A stretch of 64,000 bases of DNA. Origin: Azolla caroliniana. Its lineage: Eukaryota > Plantae > Polypodiophyta. Position numbers and translations under genes: made by a program. Below the pieces are notes generated by a model that did no database searches, was not told the DNA's origin, and saw nothing but the letters and a program-made list of their open reading frames with translations. The stretch spans positions 4,092,001 through 4,156,000 of the forward strand of contig JBHGNT010000016.1 in NCBI GenBank assembly GCA_043228905.1, written 5' to 3'. Below, in pieces: positions 1 through 14,466 of this stretch. How positions within the stretch are numbered: position 1 is the first letter of the stretch; each line of letters begins with the position of its first letter.

Positions 1-12
1 CGATCACCTAGG

Positions 13-1814
13 ATGCATGAATTTCGTGAGCTGCAGGCTTCTGCTTCCGCCTCATCCCACGCGTTCTCTAACCCTAATCATAACTCTGGGGGCGACCCTG
101 ACTCTCAGAAGCTGCTCCAAAACTTCCTTGATCGGGAAGTCCTCCCTCGCGATGAGCAACTATGGCGGAACCGAGATCAATCTGTCATCAATTCTGATTC
201 TTCAGTGGAAGGTTGCCGAATCGAGGTGCAGAATAGGGATAGCAGATCGAGACCAAGGTCAGGCCAGAGACAGGGAAACATTAATAGAATAAACCTTGAA
301 CAGGGGAGTTCTGTTGCATATGCCACTTCATCGGGATTGCCCTTCTCTTTGCGGATGCTAAAACGCAAGCAAAAGAGCAGTAGGCATGACCAAGGTGCGT
401 CAGAATCGCCCAAATCCAGCTTTGTTTCAGGTGTAAATCAGCTCGGAAGCTCGCTCGTCAATGCTTTCTCATCCATGGTTTTCATGGTGAGGACCCTTCA
501 GAGCCACACACTGCAGATCCACCAACAGTTCTGTCAGCGTGACGTAGAGGGTCTCTTGAATCAGGTGCATCGAGAGATGCATTCCTCTTTCTTATGGCTC
601 TTTCAGCAGGTCTTCTCGTGCACGCCACAGCTTATGGTGCTAATTATGATCCTGCTTGCCGATTTCACTGTATTCTCTATGTCTAACAATCTTCCCATGT
701 CCATCTCCATGTCGGAACTTCACAATCCTGGTGTTGTCTGGGCTCAACCTGCTACTCTTACATCATTCGGGAGTGATTTCTATGAGTCCCCACAATCTTC
801 CCCCTCTTCCTCTTCCTCTTCCTCTTCACCTTCTCTTAATATTGACACTGCATGTCAATATGGAGACAGTGGGTGGATCGGAACGGGAGGTGGAGGTGGG
901 AGGATTAGTGGGCCAAGAGTTGCAGGAGGGGCAGATGGTGATCCGGATTCTAAATTCCCATTGAATAAGAATACTGTCCCTGCCAGATACACTGCGGATG
1001 ATAAATTCCCCAGGGATCTCACCTCTGCAATGGTAACATCTTCCATCACTCCCAAAGATGCGAGATTCGCATCATCAAACAACCCACAATCCTCATTTGA
1101 AGAGGACATATCATTGTCCGGATCGGACATGTCTGCCAGCATGGCGGCTGCTGCACATGCCTTCGATGAGCTTTGCTCGGTTGAGTTTGACGATTTGGAT
1201 GAGAAAGCTACAGTTCTAGCGCTCAGTAAAGATGTAACATCAAGCTTTTCAAACCATGTGTCCCTAGATCGAGAAACCATGAAAAGATTTGTGGCTCCGT
1301 TTACTGTTCGGACGGAAGATGATAGCTACTCTTGCTATGATCGGACCGATCTGTCTTATCAGTATGCTATTAGCAAGGATTCCACAAACACTATGTTACT
1401 CGCAAATTATGCCCAATTCCTCTTTCTGGTGCGGAAAGACCATGATAGGTTTGTGCTATGTGTCCTCCATCCATGGTTTAGCCCAGGAAGACAGTTTTTT
1501 TCAAGACAAAATGGAATTAACACACTTTATAGTGAATTTTTGATCCCCTGGTAGATCAAATTGTCAGGTGTTTTGAGTTTTTAATGGAAATTTCTTTTTG
1601 TTTTTCTTCCAGAGCGGAGGAACTATTTCGGAGAGCTGTGCAAAGCGATCCAACCGATGGGAATGCCATCACCCGTTTTGCATCGTTTTTATGGTTAGCC
1701 CGGCACAATCTTCAAGGAGCCGAGAAGGCATACCGTGCGGCAATTAGTTCAGACCCAGGGAACTCATATTATGCAGCAAATTATGCTCATTTTCTATGGA
1801 CGTCGAACCACTAG
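13..1814 (+). CDS. Tetratricopeptide repeat (TPR)-like plant protein, 2 exons (13-1448, 1613-1814)
   Basis: The ORF has the plant family motif 'MHSSFLWLFQQVFSCTPQLMVLIMILLADFTVFSM' and C-terminal TPRs (LLANYAQFLFLVRKDHDR|AEELFRRAVQSDP...YAANYAHFLW). A GT donor at 1449 and an AG acceptor at 1611-1612 join the two ORFs in frame. The true start could lie upstream of the window. Confidence 0.88.
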
Positions 1815-4800
1815 CCCTGAGTGTAAAGTTTGAATGTAAATTTGGTTGAAACTGGATTTAAGGGGGCATGTATAGGTGCATTCTGAAAATTTTGTGTGTA
1901 CTGATACAGAATATACCCTCATTGTCCACCTTATATTAATATGTTGTGTGTGTGTATATATTATATATATGTATCAATTTATGAGTGAAAATCAAGAGAT
2001 GTGCATTCATATACCTCCAGTGGAGCCATGAGAAATATATATATATATATTCCAAATGGAATTATGAGAGTGAAATTCTCAAGGGCCTAGTTACAAATCA
2101 TAACTACATTGGTTGCAGAGTCACCGGAGAATTTATTTTTGTTTCTTGCCTACTTTGTCCCCTTGTCAAGTTCCCCTGTCTTCCACTTCTATTGTCGATT
2201 CATCCTTTGTGTATCTTAGTGGGGTGGAACAATCCTGGAACAAGATGGGAAGGAATGTGAGACTTCTCATATTGTTGAATGATTTTTTAAATTCCGAATG
2301 ATTTTGGTTTGGAATGGAATTTTCTTTTGTAATCATTTTGCTGGCAAGGCAAGGGAGATTTTGAACTCATGTCGACTGCTCATATGTAGATGGTTGTGAC
2401 TAATAATTCACCAATATTCTGAACTTCGAAAAAGTTGGAGCATTAGTGTACAATCATACCAAGGAGTATTGGATATCATGTCAAAAATACATGCGTACCA
2501 CTTTATCATTTTGTATGTATTTCATGCCACTATACGTTGGATCTAACCTTTACATAAAGGGGGAGATCAATAATGTTAACTACTGTAAGATAAACGTCGT
2601 TGGTTATCTTACAATAATGTTTTAGCTGGATTTGTAATGGAGAGTGCCGTATGTGTTGGCATGGGAATCGGAAGAGAGGATACAGAATCAAGTTTTCAAA
2701 AGCCTAATTGCCCGTTTGATCAGCTTATCGTTTGAAAGGAAAGAGATAAGCAAGTTGTTAGATTACTGTATTATCACTTTGTAGACTTCGAGGGAACATC
2801 TGCTATGGTGTTCCATAAATACCTTTACATATGTATAGAAGAGAAAAGTACCAAGTGAATATATGCATGCAATTTGTTTGCACCTACAAGGTCATATGTC
2901 TTTTGTATACGATAAATAGAACTCAGAATGTTTGGCAACATTGTTAATGAATTTAAAAGTATCTAGTGAACATATATATTCATGCAATTTTCATATCTAT
3001 GAAGAGGTGAAGGTGATAGTCTCTTGCATATGAGAGATGGAACTTCATAATGTTTCACCAACGTTATTGGTGCTAACGAAGGATATTCACTCTCATAGAT
3101 GATCATTAGATTGAATAAATGATTCATGAGTTACCTCAAGAAACATAAATATACCTTTTGCCACATTAGTGCTTCAAAGAGTTTGAAAATGTTTGAAATT
3201 GCTTTTTCATGAAATATCTTCAAAATCAAGATGCAAACACCATCCTCTTCTTTTGACCAAACAACCTCCCATTAAAATATCATGGGCTTATGAAGAGGTT
3301 GTGGTGTGCATATTTAAGACTTAGAAAAGCCCACACAAACTTTCTCGAATTACATGGGAATCATTTGAAAAGTTCAGAAGTGTAAAAGTTACGTTCCTGG
3401 ATAGATGCAAGATAGGAGTGGTTTGGAGGAGAGCATGATGCATTACGCTTGTGCTAAGATGCGTCAATAGATTCCTCGATGAATTGGTCTCTTTTTTGCA
3501 AAATCACTATCACATATGGCTTCGAAGTGATTTAGAGGCCCACTCACACCAAACTACAAAAAACATATTTTTCTCCAAAGCAGTAACATCCAAATTTAGG
3601 CAACATCCTCTTCATGTTAGTGAATCAACTAGGAAACCCATATTTTTCACGAGTATCATGATTTGGCATCTAAATAGACTACACCAACACATGTTTTGCA
3701 TATAACAAGTAAGCAGTGTCAGGAATTATACAACAATCCGCCACCTTCATTCACATTCAAAATTGCTTCCTCCACATTTCCAGCCTTGACCTAGCTTTTC
3801 ACCCATTTCTATCTCCATCACAATTTGCACTCTCCACTGCATCGCCCACTAGTGAAGTCTTTGCATATCACTTGCCAATTCCACAAAATATATGAAAATG
3901 TTTTGATTTGGTCACGTAAGTCGCATCTTTTACCTCAAGAGGATGATAGTGAATTTTTGTCTCACTCTCTCCTACTCGCACAATAATTATCATTAAAGCC
4001 AGTAATATAGCAACCTCTACAGCCAGTCAATGCTTCAAAACTTTTGACAACGTTTTGAAACCCTGGTTAGCTAATCAACCAAAATGGGTGGAACCATATT
4101 CGAGAAAATACCCACTTTCATGGATCAAGTTGAGGGGCTTCGAGACAATCAATTAGTCAAGCTTTCAGAATTGGGTGACATTTACGAGCCCCAACTTTTC
4201 AGGTCGAGATATAAAATAATGTATACATACAGCGCATAATCAATATGAAATTACAATTGCTGAATTCAACGTATGCATTCATTGCAAAACATGATAAATA
4301 TATGCAATGCACATATCCAACACGTTTCATTGCAAAACATGATAAATAATTGCAATGCACATATCCAACACGTTTACCATGCTTTCAACTTTAGTTGAAG
4401 CATTGCTCCTCAGAAATCCCTGATTGCTACCTTTACTGAAAATGGCCGTCATACACTACGTTTTTTATATCAAAGACACTAGCTGAATTTAATGGGTATT
4501 TATCCATGCAAGCTCCACCAACAATTAGTTCAGTACACCAGAATCCACTTAAAAATTTCATTAATGATCATATCAACAAAGAATCTGAAAACATTTTGAC
4601 ATGAAATGATTCAGTAGAACCTAGCAACAAATGAACCATATAGGTTATCACAACAGAGATCAATAGCATATTTCAATTTATTGGGCTCTGTATAGATACT
4701 AACCACGTTCCAGAAACAAAACTATGCTTGGTTAACTTAATATCAAGTCTTCTTGGCAGAATAATTAGTCAAATACATCGAAAGTATACACTCAAAAATA

Positions 4801-5026
4801 TTACTGTCCCTCACCCTTAAGTATCGGCATCCATTCAAGCCATTTTCACGCAATCAAAATTATAAAACTTTTTTATCAAACTTAAACAAAAGTTAACGGG
4901 CAATAAAAAATCAAGACATGAAATGAAAAAATAAACTCTGGACTATATGAAGTAAATATAAAGAAAGCGTAGCCGATGTGTACACCGAGAAAATTTCTCT
5001 TTATTTTTCTTATGAAACTTGTATGG

Positions 5027-5069
<43 letters not shown>

Positions 5070-5267
5070 AAAAAATTTGCTACAAACTAATCTACTATCT
5101 GTCTGTAGGGGGGCAGATATATATCTATATTGTTCCATCTGCTGCTATGCCAAACAGATTATTAGATCTAAAAAAATTTACTCTACGTTTTTCTCCATCA
5201 TCCTAAAACAACCGCCTCAAACTTGGGACTGGAAATAACCAATGGCAGTAACAGTAACAGTAACGCC

Positions 5268-8126
5268 TTAATTAGCAGATGCAGGTTCAGCGGGCAAAAC
5301 CTTACCAGAACCACCATCAACATCAACATCCTTTGACTTCTCTTCTTCTGTTTCGATCGCGCCAGTCGGTAGACTAGCTTCTGTAACTGCAGATTCACTT
5401 ACACCTGAGGCCACAGGCTTCCCGTCAAGGACGGGAACATATCGTCCTTCAATGAATCCTTGCTCATTCAACACGCTCACGAACCGGTATGTTACCTACC
5501 ACAATCCAAGTTCCCATTTCTAAGTCTCTTATATAATGAGGCCAATTCCATTTTGTTCCAAGTGAGTTGGCAAATATGGTGACTAACTAATATCATGCCA
5601 ATTATCATATTTCATAAACTATTACCTATTTTTAAGAAGATGTATCAAATTTTGAATGCATACCTCTGGCTTCTGCTTGTATTTTCCTAGCACTGCTGCA
5701 GATATAGCTGACAGCTTGCCTTCAAGAAGTTTGCTTCTGAGATCTTTTTGGACAAGAGGGGTGAATTGTTTGTCCAATGATCGGGCAGCGGCCAGCCATG
5801 CAACGACAATGACAAGTAGGATTCCACCAAGATACGGTGTCGATGCCGCAAGAGATCCAAAACCAATGATGAGGAATTGCTGGATCAAAGCACCCCCTGA
5901 TTTGCCCAATGGATTGCAAACAACATCAATGGCTGCCTTACCCTTGACCTGAAACAAGTCATCCAAAACATAAAATATATTAGCAAACTCACCATGCAAC
6001 ATCTCAGCTTATCAGAATGCTATTATAAAGGATATGATAAAGTAGGATCAAAAGAACTTGCAAACGAAACAATGACATTTGAGATCACAAATGATGTATG
6101 CACACCTTTCATTCCCAAAATCATGCATACCTTTGTATCTTCATCCAATGGAATGTACGCCATCTCCTTGCATGGATCAAAAAGACTGTATTTGGCACTC
6201 TTGCTGAAGATATTTTGAAGAGCACCAACATAAACAGCCGCAAGCAAAGGTGTCAATCCAAAGCTAGCCAAAAAAGGTGTCAATGGTTCACTGCAAAGTA
6301 TTAAAGCAAAGAAGGCAACTCCAGTGACAAGTAAAACAGTAGGTGTGATCATCGCTGCAACACCCCATCCATATTTACGGAATATAAAACGACTTAGGAT
6401 CATCATGCTGAATGTCGCAATTCCAGTATACGAAGAGAAGTCACCCATGAATGAAGAGTAGTCATTTGGGCTTGGAAACTTAAGAAAAAAACAAAACAAA
6501 GTTGGGAATCAGACAATTTTGCAAAGCACAATGAGGAATATAAAGGGTATCTGTAAAAAGGAATAGGTGACATTAGACTTGGTCTATACCTGAGCTTTCA
6601 ACTTGGATTTCCATGTCACTTCCACAAGGTTAATACTAATACCATAAGCAACAACGAGAGTCGCAAGATCACGTATGTACGATGAGGTCAACAAGAACCT
6701 GAAACCTTCAATCATACCAAGTTTCGGTTTTTCCTTCTGCAAATATCAAACGAATTATAGATGAACCACTAGATAGATGCCTAGTTATAGTGTTACATAG
6801 CTTAACGATCATCAAAGGAAGTGTTCTGATGATGGGCACACTCACCTTCTTTCTAACCTCTGCTTTGGGTAATGAAGGATCATTCACCACATACTTGTTA
6901 ACCCACCAATGGATACCACATATAACAAATCCAAGGACAACCACCAAGCTCATCATGCCTTTCAGAGAAAATCCCCAGCCATCCACATTGTCTGGCAGAT
7001 TACTTCGCAAATGAGAGAAGTACTTGACTGTGCGACCAGAGAACACCAGTGCAACATTAGCCCCGAGGCCAAAAAGCGGATAGAACTGCTTAGCTTCGTC
7101 TATAGTGGTAATCTGCATATGTATATACATTTAATTATTACAACTGTCTATGCCAAATGAAGTTAAGTTACAGGATATTAATTGTGCCACATAAAGCTTC
7201 ATAACATTTCTAACTAATGCTACAAAGAGCATATAACAAGAAGTAGATATGAATACCTGATTGGCGAACCCCCAGAAGAGAACTGAGACAACCACACTCC
7301 CCCATAGCTCTGCCATGACATAAAATAGACAGAAGGTCCAGATCCTTAGGATGGCAACAGGGCCGAGGAAGCTAGGACCGAGAAAAGCCAATATCTTATC
7401 TGCCAAGGCAACTGGATGAAGGACATCCTTGAGAGGATAGAGAAGGAAGGCAAAGCCTCCGAAAAAGGCGATGAAGGGCAAGATGCATGCATAGAACAGA
7501 GCTTGTTTGGAGAGGACATTAGCCAATTTGGTGTAGACAAGCATGAAACCGATGGCCATGGGCAAGTTCACCCATGTCTTCAGGAAAGGGATGATCTCTG
7601 CACTGCTCCCTTTAGCGGTCACGACAAGCACGTCCTTGGTGTCCCTCAGGATGGTGTAGTTGAACAATATGCAGAAAAACATGAGCCCAAGAGGGATTAC
7701 CTTCTTAAGCGTGATGGTATCCACACCAAAAAACTTAGTTGGCGATGGAGGGGAAAGATTTGTGTCGGCAGGAGAAGATGATGATGCGTCAATGCTCCCT
7801 GCCTCGGCTCGAGGGACTCCACGCCTCCTCAGAGGCTTCTGTGGCTCCCTCGATGCTCTCCTCGGTCCTAAACGGCTTCCAAACCCTAGACCGCTGGCCA
7901 AAAACCCTACACCGCTCCCAACCCCTAAGCCGCTCGCAAGCCTCACCTTCGGAAGATCTCTGCAGCTCACCCGCGCAGAAGCTTCTCTGTGGAAGCTCCT
8001 AGGGTTGGATCTGCGCAGAGAAGCGGCGGAGGAGAGGAGGCGGGCATAGCTGGAAGAAGAAGAAGAAGAAGAAGAAGAAGAAGAAGACAGTGAAGAATAG
8101 GAAGAGGCCATGAGAGAGCCCTCCAT
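5268..8126 (-). CDS. NTT1: Plastidic ATP/ADP transporter (NTT/AATP, TLC family), 6 exons: 7257-8126, 6846-7112, 6590-6736, 6131-6478, 5664-5948, 5268-5495
   Basis: Ser-rich transit peptide followed by hallmark motifs LKKVIPLGLMFFCILFNYTILRDTKD, AEIIPFLKTWVNLP, ELWGSVVVSVLFWGFANQ, NLVEVTWKSKLKAQ, SKSAKYSLFDPCKEMAYIPLD and KGKAAIDVVCNPLGKSGGA. All five introns have GT-AG ends that keep the frame. Confidence 0.96.
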
Positions 8127-8483
8127 GGAACCTAAACAATGGCAGCTTGGGAATTATCCGGAGAGAGCGAGAGAGAGAGACAGAGAGAGGATATGGAATC
8201 AATGGCTGTGAAGAGGAAGCTACCTCTCCATGGCCAGAGTGCTCTGTTTCTGTCTCTCTGTCTCTGTCTCTCTCTCTCCCTCTCTATAATGCAGCAGCTT
8301 TAGGGGGGGGGGGGGGAGAAGCCTTTAGAAATATCCCATTTTTTCCGATATTTGCTTTGATAAATTTGCTATAAGCAAAACAGAACATACACACACACAC
8401 ACAATCTTGTGACCCATGTGATAAGAATGACAAGCCCCTACTCTCAAGCCAATGGTGACAAACTTTCTTTCCAAAGATCCTTA

Positions 8484-8486
<3 letters not shown>

Positions 8487-8533
<47 letters not shown>
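8487..8533. repeat. (CT)n microsatellite upstream of NTT, a potential GAGA element
   Basis: Perfect CT run about 360 bp upstream of the NTT ATG, with further GA/CT tracts at ~8160-8190 and ~8250-8285. Confidence 0.85.
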
Positions 8534-8537
<4 letters not shown>

Positions 8538-8544
8538 ACCAGAG

Positions 8545-8690
8545 CTTGACTTTCTCTTGACTTGACTTGACTAGTCTTAGCTTTGCCCTGGCTTGATTAC
8601 GTTTGCCTATCTTGACTTGACTACCTTTGACTTTGCTTGACTATCTTGACTTTACTTGACTTGACTAAGCTTGACTTGGCTTGACGTGAC
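8545..8690. repeat. Degenerate (CTTGA)n pentamer repeat, probably part of an LTR remnant
   Basis: Repeated cttga/cttgac units are directly visible. Confidence 0.6.
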
Positions 8691-11600
8691 GAAGAGAGAT
8701 CCGGTGTCAACATGACCTGCTCACTCGCTACCTTGCCTGACACAGTAACCCGAATACGGAATCCCTTACGAGAATCCGGAACCTTTCTTCTCTCAAGCCA
8801 TCCCCTTGAAGGAAAGCTCCCCTCACCCGATGCTTGTCCTGCAGAGAGAGTCTCCATATGAGCTTCCCGTGAATCCTAAAACATGAAGAGAGAGTCTCGA
8901 CGTGCTTCCCAAAAACTCAATTTGAAGGCTACTAACATTTGGACTTATATCCTTGAGATATCTTAAATGTTGAAGCATGTTTGCGTCATGTTGAGGCCAA
9001 ACTTTACAAGATCAAACCTTTTTGCTCCTTCACTATAACTAACGGGGGTTGATGAATCCCTTGTCCCAACCGTAGGGGACACTATGATTACCATAGAACT
9101 TCAATTGGTTGGCATTCAAGGCAACTTAAGTGCCTTCTATGTGGGACTCGTGATGGATATTCTAGAGACATAGGCTTCCTTGTTGGAATGGGCACGAGTT
9201 TAAGGCTTGAGGCCATTGAGAGGAGAGATTGAGACCAAAGTTATGCGTGGTCATAGCTAGAGATTGCATCATTATGCTTTGAGCTTTTAAATACGGAATT
9301 TCAACAATCAAGTGCAAGGGAGAGATTCAAGTGGGGAGAGGGAAATAGGACAAATAAATAATTTAACTTTTGCTAGTTGTCTTCCTCTTAAAACATATAT
9401 TCTATATGGATGGCGCATTATGTGTTATTACTTGCATAAACAATATTTGCCAACTTTGACTAAATTGCCCATGAACTCGTTATTGTTCACATCATACATG
9501 CTTTGCAATGATCAAGTGTGTGAGTGCTAAATTCGGCTGTATTGGGATTAACAGTTTGTTGTAATTATGTATTCAGATTAACAATTTGTTATAACTTATA
9601 ACTATGACCATGTTATAGTCTTCTCAATAAATGTCAGCTTCATAACGTATCACTCGTGCACTCAAATCTAAACTAATGTAGTATTTATTGCCTCGTGATG
9701 CTCTATTTCAACAAGCAATGTCTCTTAGTGTTTCTACTCAACATATATAGGAATGGAACATACATTCAAAATTTGTGTGGTATTATATTTTTGTCAATAC
9801 ATTCCAAAAATTAACCATTTTTTTGTCAATGAATAGAGACTTGCATTACTCGTGAGTCGTGATATGTCATCAAATGAGCACAAACCAATGAATATTCTTA
9901 CGTACTTTTTCTAATAGTTTGGTGGATTTATACCTACATACCTGTGAGCATATGGTAATAAATAATGATGATTACATACATCAATAATGTAAATAAGCAA
10001 GAAAATATCATGTTTATCCTAATGTGATGATATTGCTAAACTCGTTTATATAGATGTGACACCATGACCACCCCATAACTATAGCAAATCCCATGCTATC
10101 ATCCCCCTCATCCCAATGTAAACGAAAATTTGAATGAATTGAGTTTGTTGCAATGCCATTGCTCCGTAACATTTAACAATTGCAATTTGTATCGTTTGGA
10201 AATTTGTTTGTGATTGCATTTGAAATATGTGAATGTTGTCATTAACATTTTGAAAACTCCTCGTTAAATCATGGTAATCCACACGATATGACATAAGTAC
10301 GTAATTATCATGAATAATATAAATGGGAATTTGGAATACATTGGAATGAGCATTAGTACACATAGAATGTGCTTTGTTTACCTTCTAGAACCACTTATTT
10401 GGTTAAAGTCAGATTCACTTTCTCGTAATCTCCTCATAGTTTGATTATCAAATGACTTAAAGAGAGGTTGAATATCACAATTAAAGATGAATATTTTTGC
10501 CTCTTCACATATTAATACAATAATCTCCAACCTATGTTTGGTGCACGATGTGCGAACCATGGGTAATTATTTCTAATCACAGAGTGATACTTTGATTTAG
10601 GAATCTACTCATGGAATAACTCAAATATAATCATGACACCCTTTGACTATGATTCTAAGGTTATAATCTCATTGCTTGTTGCTTGCCATGTATTGGAAAC
10701 AAATGATTAATTTATATTTTGGTAAAATGAAGTTTGTTCCTTGATCATTTTACTCGTAAACGAGAGAGGGAGAGAGAGAGAGAGAGAGAGAATTGGGTTT
10801 CAAACCCAAGATATAGTGCTTGTAGTGTAACAACTTACCACTAGGGTAAGCTAATTACGAGAACATCCGTGAGAGACCATTTGTGATCTATGAGGTGGGA
10901 TACATATTTATTTATTTTAATGACACAAGAGAGCGGTTGCGATCTATGACGTGGGGCCATACCCGTGGTGAGACAAAGAGAGTAGAATTTGTATGGTGTG
11001 TGTGTTTGTTGCATCTATATGTATTTGTGCATGTGTGTATACACATATTTGTTATAAAGAAAGTTTGAGGAACCACACGATGTCTTTTTGGCTATAACAA
11101 AAGTAAAATCCTTCACTACTCATTTAGCATCAAGTTGATCAAATGTTGCAAAAAGTGATGAAACATCTACTCTTGTGAAAGGAGATTGTTTTGATAGTTC
11201 CAAAAAGGCATATATAGGCATTTGGATGGAACTCCAAAATGACCACCCAAAAATACCATATTGAGGAAATGTTGTAAGTATCAACATTTAACAATGCAAA
11301 AAAAAGAAGCAATTGTTGTGCGAAAATGGCAAAATCTCTATCACTTTTACATTCATGTTAGAAACATCAAGACTTTTGCAAAATTTTCAAGCTTATGTTA
11401 ATGCCAATATTTTCAATAATAATTTGAGGGTTTCAGAAATATCGGCATTATTGATGGAGTGCTGATATTTTTGGTGGTATGGTAGTAAGTAATGTCAAAA
11501 ATATTGGCAATATTGAAGAAGTGTTGATATTTCTTGTATCTTTTTAGTAGTGCCACGCTTTTGCAATACCAAAATGTTTTTTGTCCTTCATACCAAGTTT

Positions 11601-12599
11601 TTGATATTTTTGGCATCCCAACAAATCGACAAAAAAATTAATATTGTAGAGAATTTCAATTGATACGTTGTTTACAACAACATTCATCATTTTTGTTGTT
11701 GTGCATTATTTGTGGAATTTCTTATTCACAATAGATTAGGAAGTGAATAGAAAACATTGTGAAGTGTATATACTCATTCTTCCATGAAAGGGCTTATTGA
11801 GCCACTTGGGATATCCACATTAAACAATGGATGAAATCTCTAGCTCGCAAAGAATGGATTTATCCCAATTGAAGAGTGCTTGTTGTGATTACAAGCAAGC
11901 TCAACAAGTGGTAATATACAAACTCGGTCACCTTGTTGACAACTTATCGTGCATTATTGATTATGCTCGTTAAGGATATGATCTAACCATTTTATTTGGG
12001 GAGGCCTAGAGTGAAGTTTGTTCACATTGCAATCCAAGCTCACTAGGGGTTGCCAAAAACTATGATCGCAATGATGTGGAGCATTAGGCCGGGATATGAT
12101 AGTATTGAGGCCAATATCAAACTTATTATTAACATGGATGTGTATTGATCTTAGATCTATTATCTTTGTTTTAATCCTTATCAATGAATATTGATTGTTA
12201 GTTAATTTAAACTAGGGTCCATCATTCTCATTGGTGAACAAGAGTGTGCCCATGAGGGGATGTTGAGGTGGTCGATGAAGCCTTTCCCCATATTCTCATT
12301 TATGTAATTCTAAAATACCTCAATATTGGGTTTTGAGATTTGGTAGATTGGTCGAATTGGCCAAGGAGTGCCTCAATGGAGGTCGACAGGGACAATTGTA
12401 AGGTCAACATTTTAAAAAACGATTCACATTCCTCTTTCCAATATATTTGCAAAATCTATATTTTATAAAAATTGGAGTGGATGAAGCAATCATAAGGTTG
12501 ATATTTTGGCAAATGAGCAACACTCTTCACTTTTAACACATATATATGAAGTACTTATATTTCACTAAATGGAAATCAAACATAATGGGTTCCTGAGAG

Positions 12600-14000
12600 T
12601 TGGTAGGCATGACGAGGAGGGCATGCATTTGAACATGTTGAGTACCACACAAAAATGGAATTGCTTCACAAATAAATATCTAGATAAGCTTTGTGCACGA
12701 AACTTTGGTCTAGGGATGGGCTCAGAATAGTAAGAGCCAATGGAACATCGCTTTGAAAAGGGCTCATGAGGACAACAATGGTTGAAACGAAGATATGGAA
12801 AGGGCTCATGGAACTAATAGATGTTGAATCATTAGCTTGGAGAGGGATCACAGAAATAGGAGCAAACATTACATTGGTTCCAAGAGATCTTGTGGAATGA
12901 GCATGTTGCATCATCCCAAAGAGGGCCCTAAAAAAATAAAGGCATCAAAGCATCAACTTTAAGAGGAATTGTCAAAATACATTCCCCTCCCCTCAAGTGA
13001 GCTCGTGGAGACAGGAGTGATCAAAACATCAATATAAACAACGTCCACAAAAAAATGAGTGGAGTTAGACTAGGGTTGGAAATATTCCTAGTAGTGTTTG
13101 ATAGAATGAGCTCTTAAATCCCAAATTGGCTTGTGGTACCTTATCCATGGTAAACAAAAAATGATATGATGACATGGAGATACAAACTAGTTACGCGAAA
13201 TCTCATTGTCATATGAGGTAACATCTAGTATCAAAAGGACAACCTCTTGTGTAATTGCACTGAAGGAGAGCAAGTGATCATCAATTACCTCAATCGGGAC
13301 ATGAGCATGGTTTTTTTTCCATGACCAAGATACATGCCTAAGGAGTGTATGTGGTGTTGATTACATAAATGTACACCCAAAAGCTACGTTCTAGAGGATT
13401 TAGAGGTCATTATCAACCTGCATGGTGGGCTTGAAAATTGGAGTAGAACCAATCATTGGTTGTGAGTCTAGATAGTAATATGGCAAGGCTCCAACAACTA
13501 GAAATTTTTATTTCTCGACCACTTTACAAGTATAAATTATCCACTTATGTCTTTATGGACAAAAGCTTGTGATGCCCATTTAGTAGTTGACCTCTACATG
13601 TATTGTAATGCCATAAGATGAAGAGATGTGCATAGAGTAAACTTTGTCAACGAATATCTAATAAGTGGAAAGGATATATGAGTATGTGGGACTAATTATT
13701 GAGTAGTCGAGAGAAGTTCCTAGGATGAATAAAGAACATTTTGATAAGCAACGTTGGCTTCCCTCTAAGAGGATAGAAGAAGGGGATTTGGTATTGGTTA
13801 TGGAAATAATTAGGATAACCAACATAAGCTCATACAAAAAAAGATCAAAGCACTGGTCCAATTCATAGTTTTAATGCTACCACCTATATGAGCTAGACAA
13901 GGATGTCTTTAGAGTGCCCATTGTTGGAAGAAGGGTTAAGATTTTCATGAAACGACAAGACAAAAGCCAAGAGGTTACTATTGATTTGGAGGATGAGAAT
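12600..14000 (+). pseudogene. Highly degenerate Ty3/gypsy pol relic (integrase C-terminus) related to the element at 35662-42060
   Basis: ~13850-13955 encodes remnants like 'GPF.V..N.TY..ELD...VPIVGRRVKIFMKR', matching 'WFGPYTVTSANDNGTYHQAELDGTRLAVSVAGKRIKAVKKR' in ORF 35672-36193. Boundaries are approximate. Confidence 0.5.
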
Positions 14001-14466
14001 GAAGTCCAAGATGACACCGAAGAAGACACGTCAACGAAGCATTATCCATCCCAATATTTGACACATACCAGATAATGTGTAGGTTTTGTGTGTATGGATA
14101 TTATCACATGGTTAGAAGTTGAAAGTAGCTGACGTCATTGGACCTAGATAGATTAAGGAAACCTAAAGTGATGTTTGTTCAAAAGTAAGTAGGTGAAAGG
14201 AAATATGATGAAAGCATGCAAGTTGAACGAGTTAAAACATAATTCTCTTAATGTAGAGGTTACATGTTTGAATCTTGCATTAAGTAGAAATCAATATCCA
14301 ATGTAATTGTACTTGAATTGGAGAGCAATCATAAAGAGTAGAATTGGAGAATGGTGATTACTTGGTTTGGCATTGAAAGTTACATAATTAGAAATTATTT
14401 AAACTAGAAAACTTAAGAGTCTATTCCTAATCAATAGACCAAATTAAAGTAAAAGAAAGGTGAATA

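Noticed and set aside
1449-1554. C-terminal 35 aa of the 513-aa ORF
   Set aside because: Read-through into an intron: the GT at 1449 splices to 1613 and continues the TPR.
4279-4376. ~48-bp tandem duplication between the TPR and NTT genes, and a similar ~160-bp-spaced duplication at 22566-22820
   Set aside because: Simple local duplications without TIR, TSD or other functional hints.
5268-8126. NTT as a novel horizontal transfer from intracellular bacteria
   Set aside because: The relationship of plastid NTTs to chlamydial/rickettsial transporters is long established. This is an ordinary intron-containing plant gene.
11900-12480. Possible minus-strand LINE RT relic
   Set aside because: Too degenerate to anchor on clear motifs by eye.
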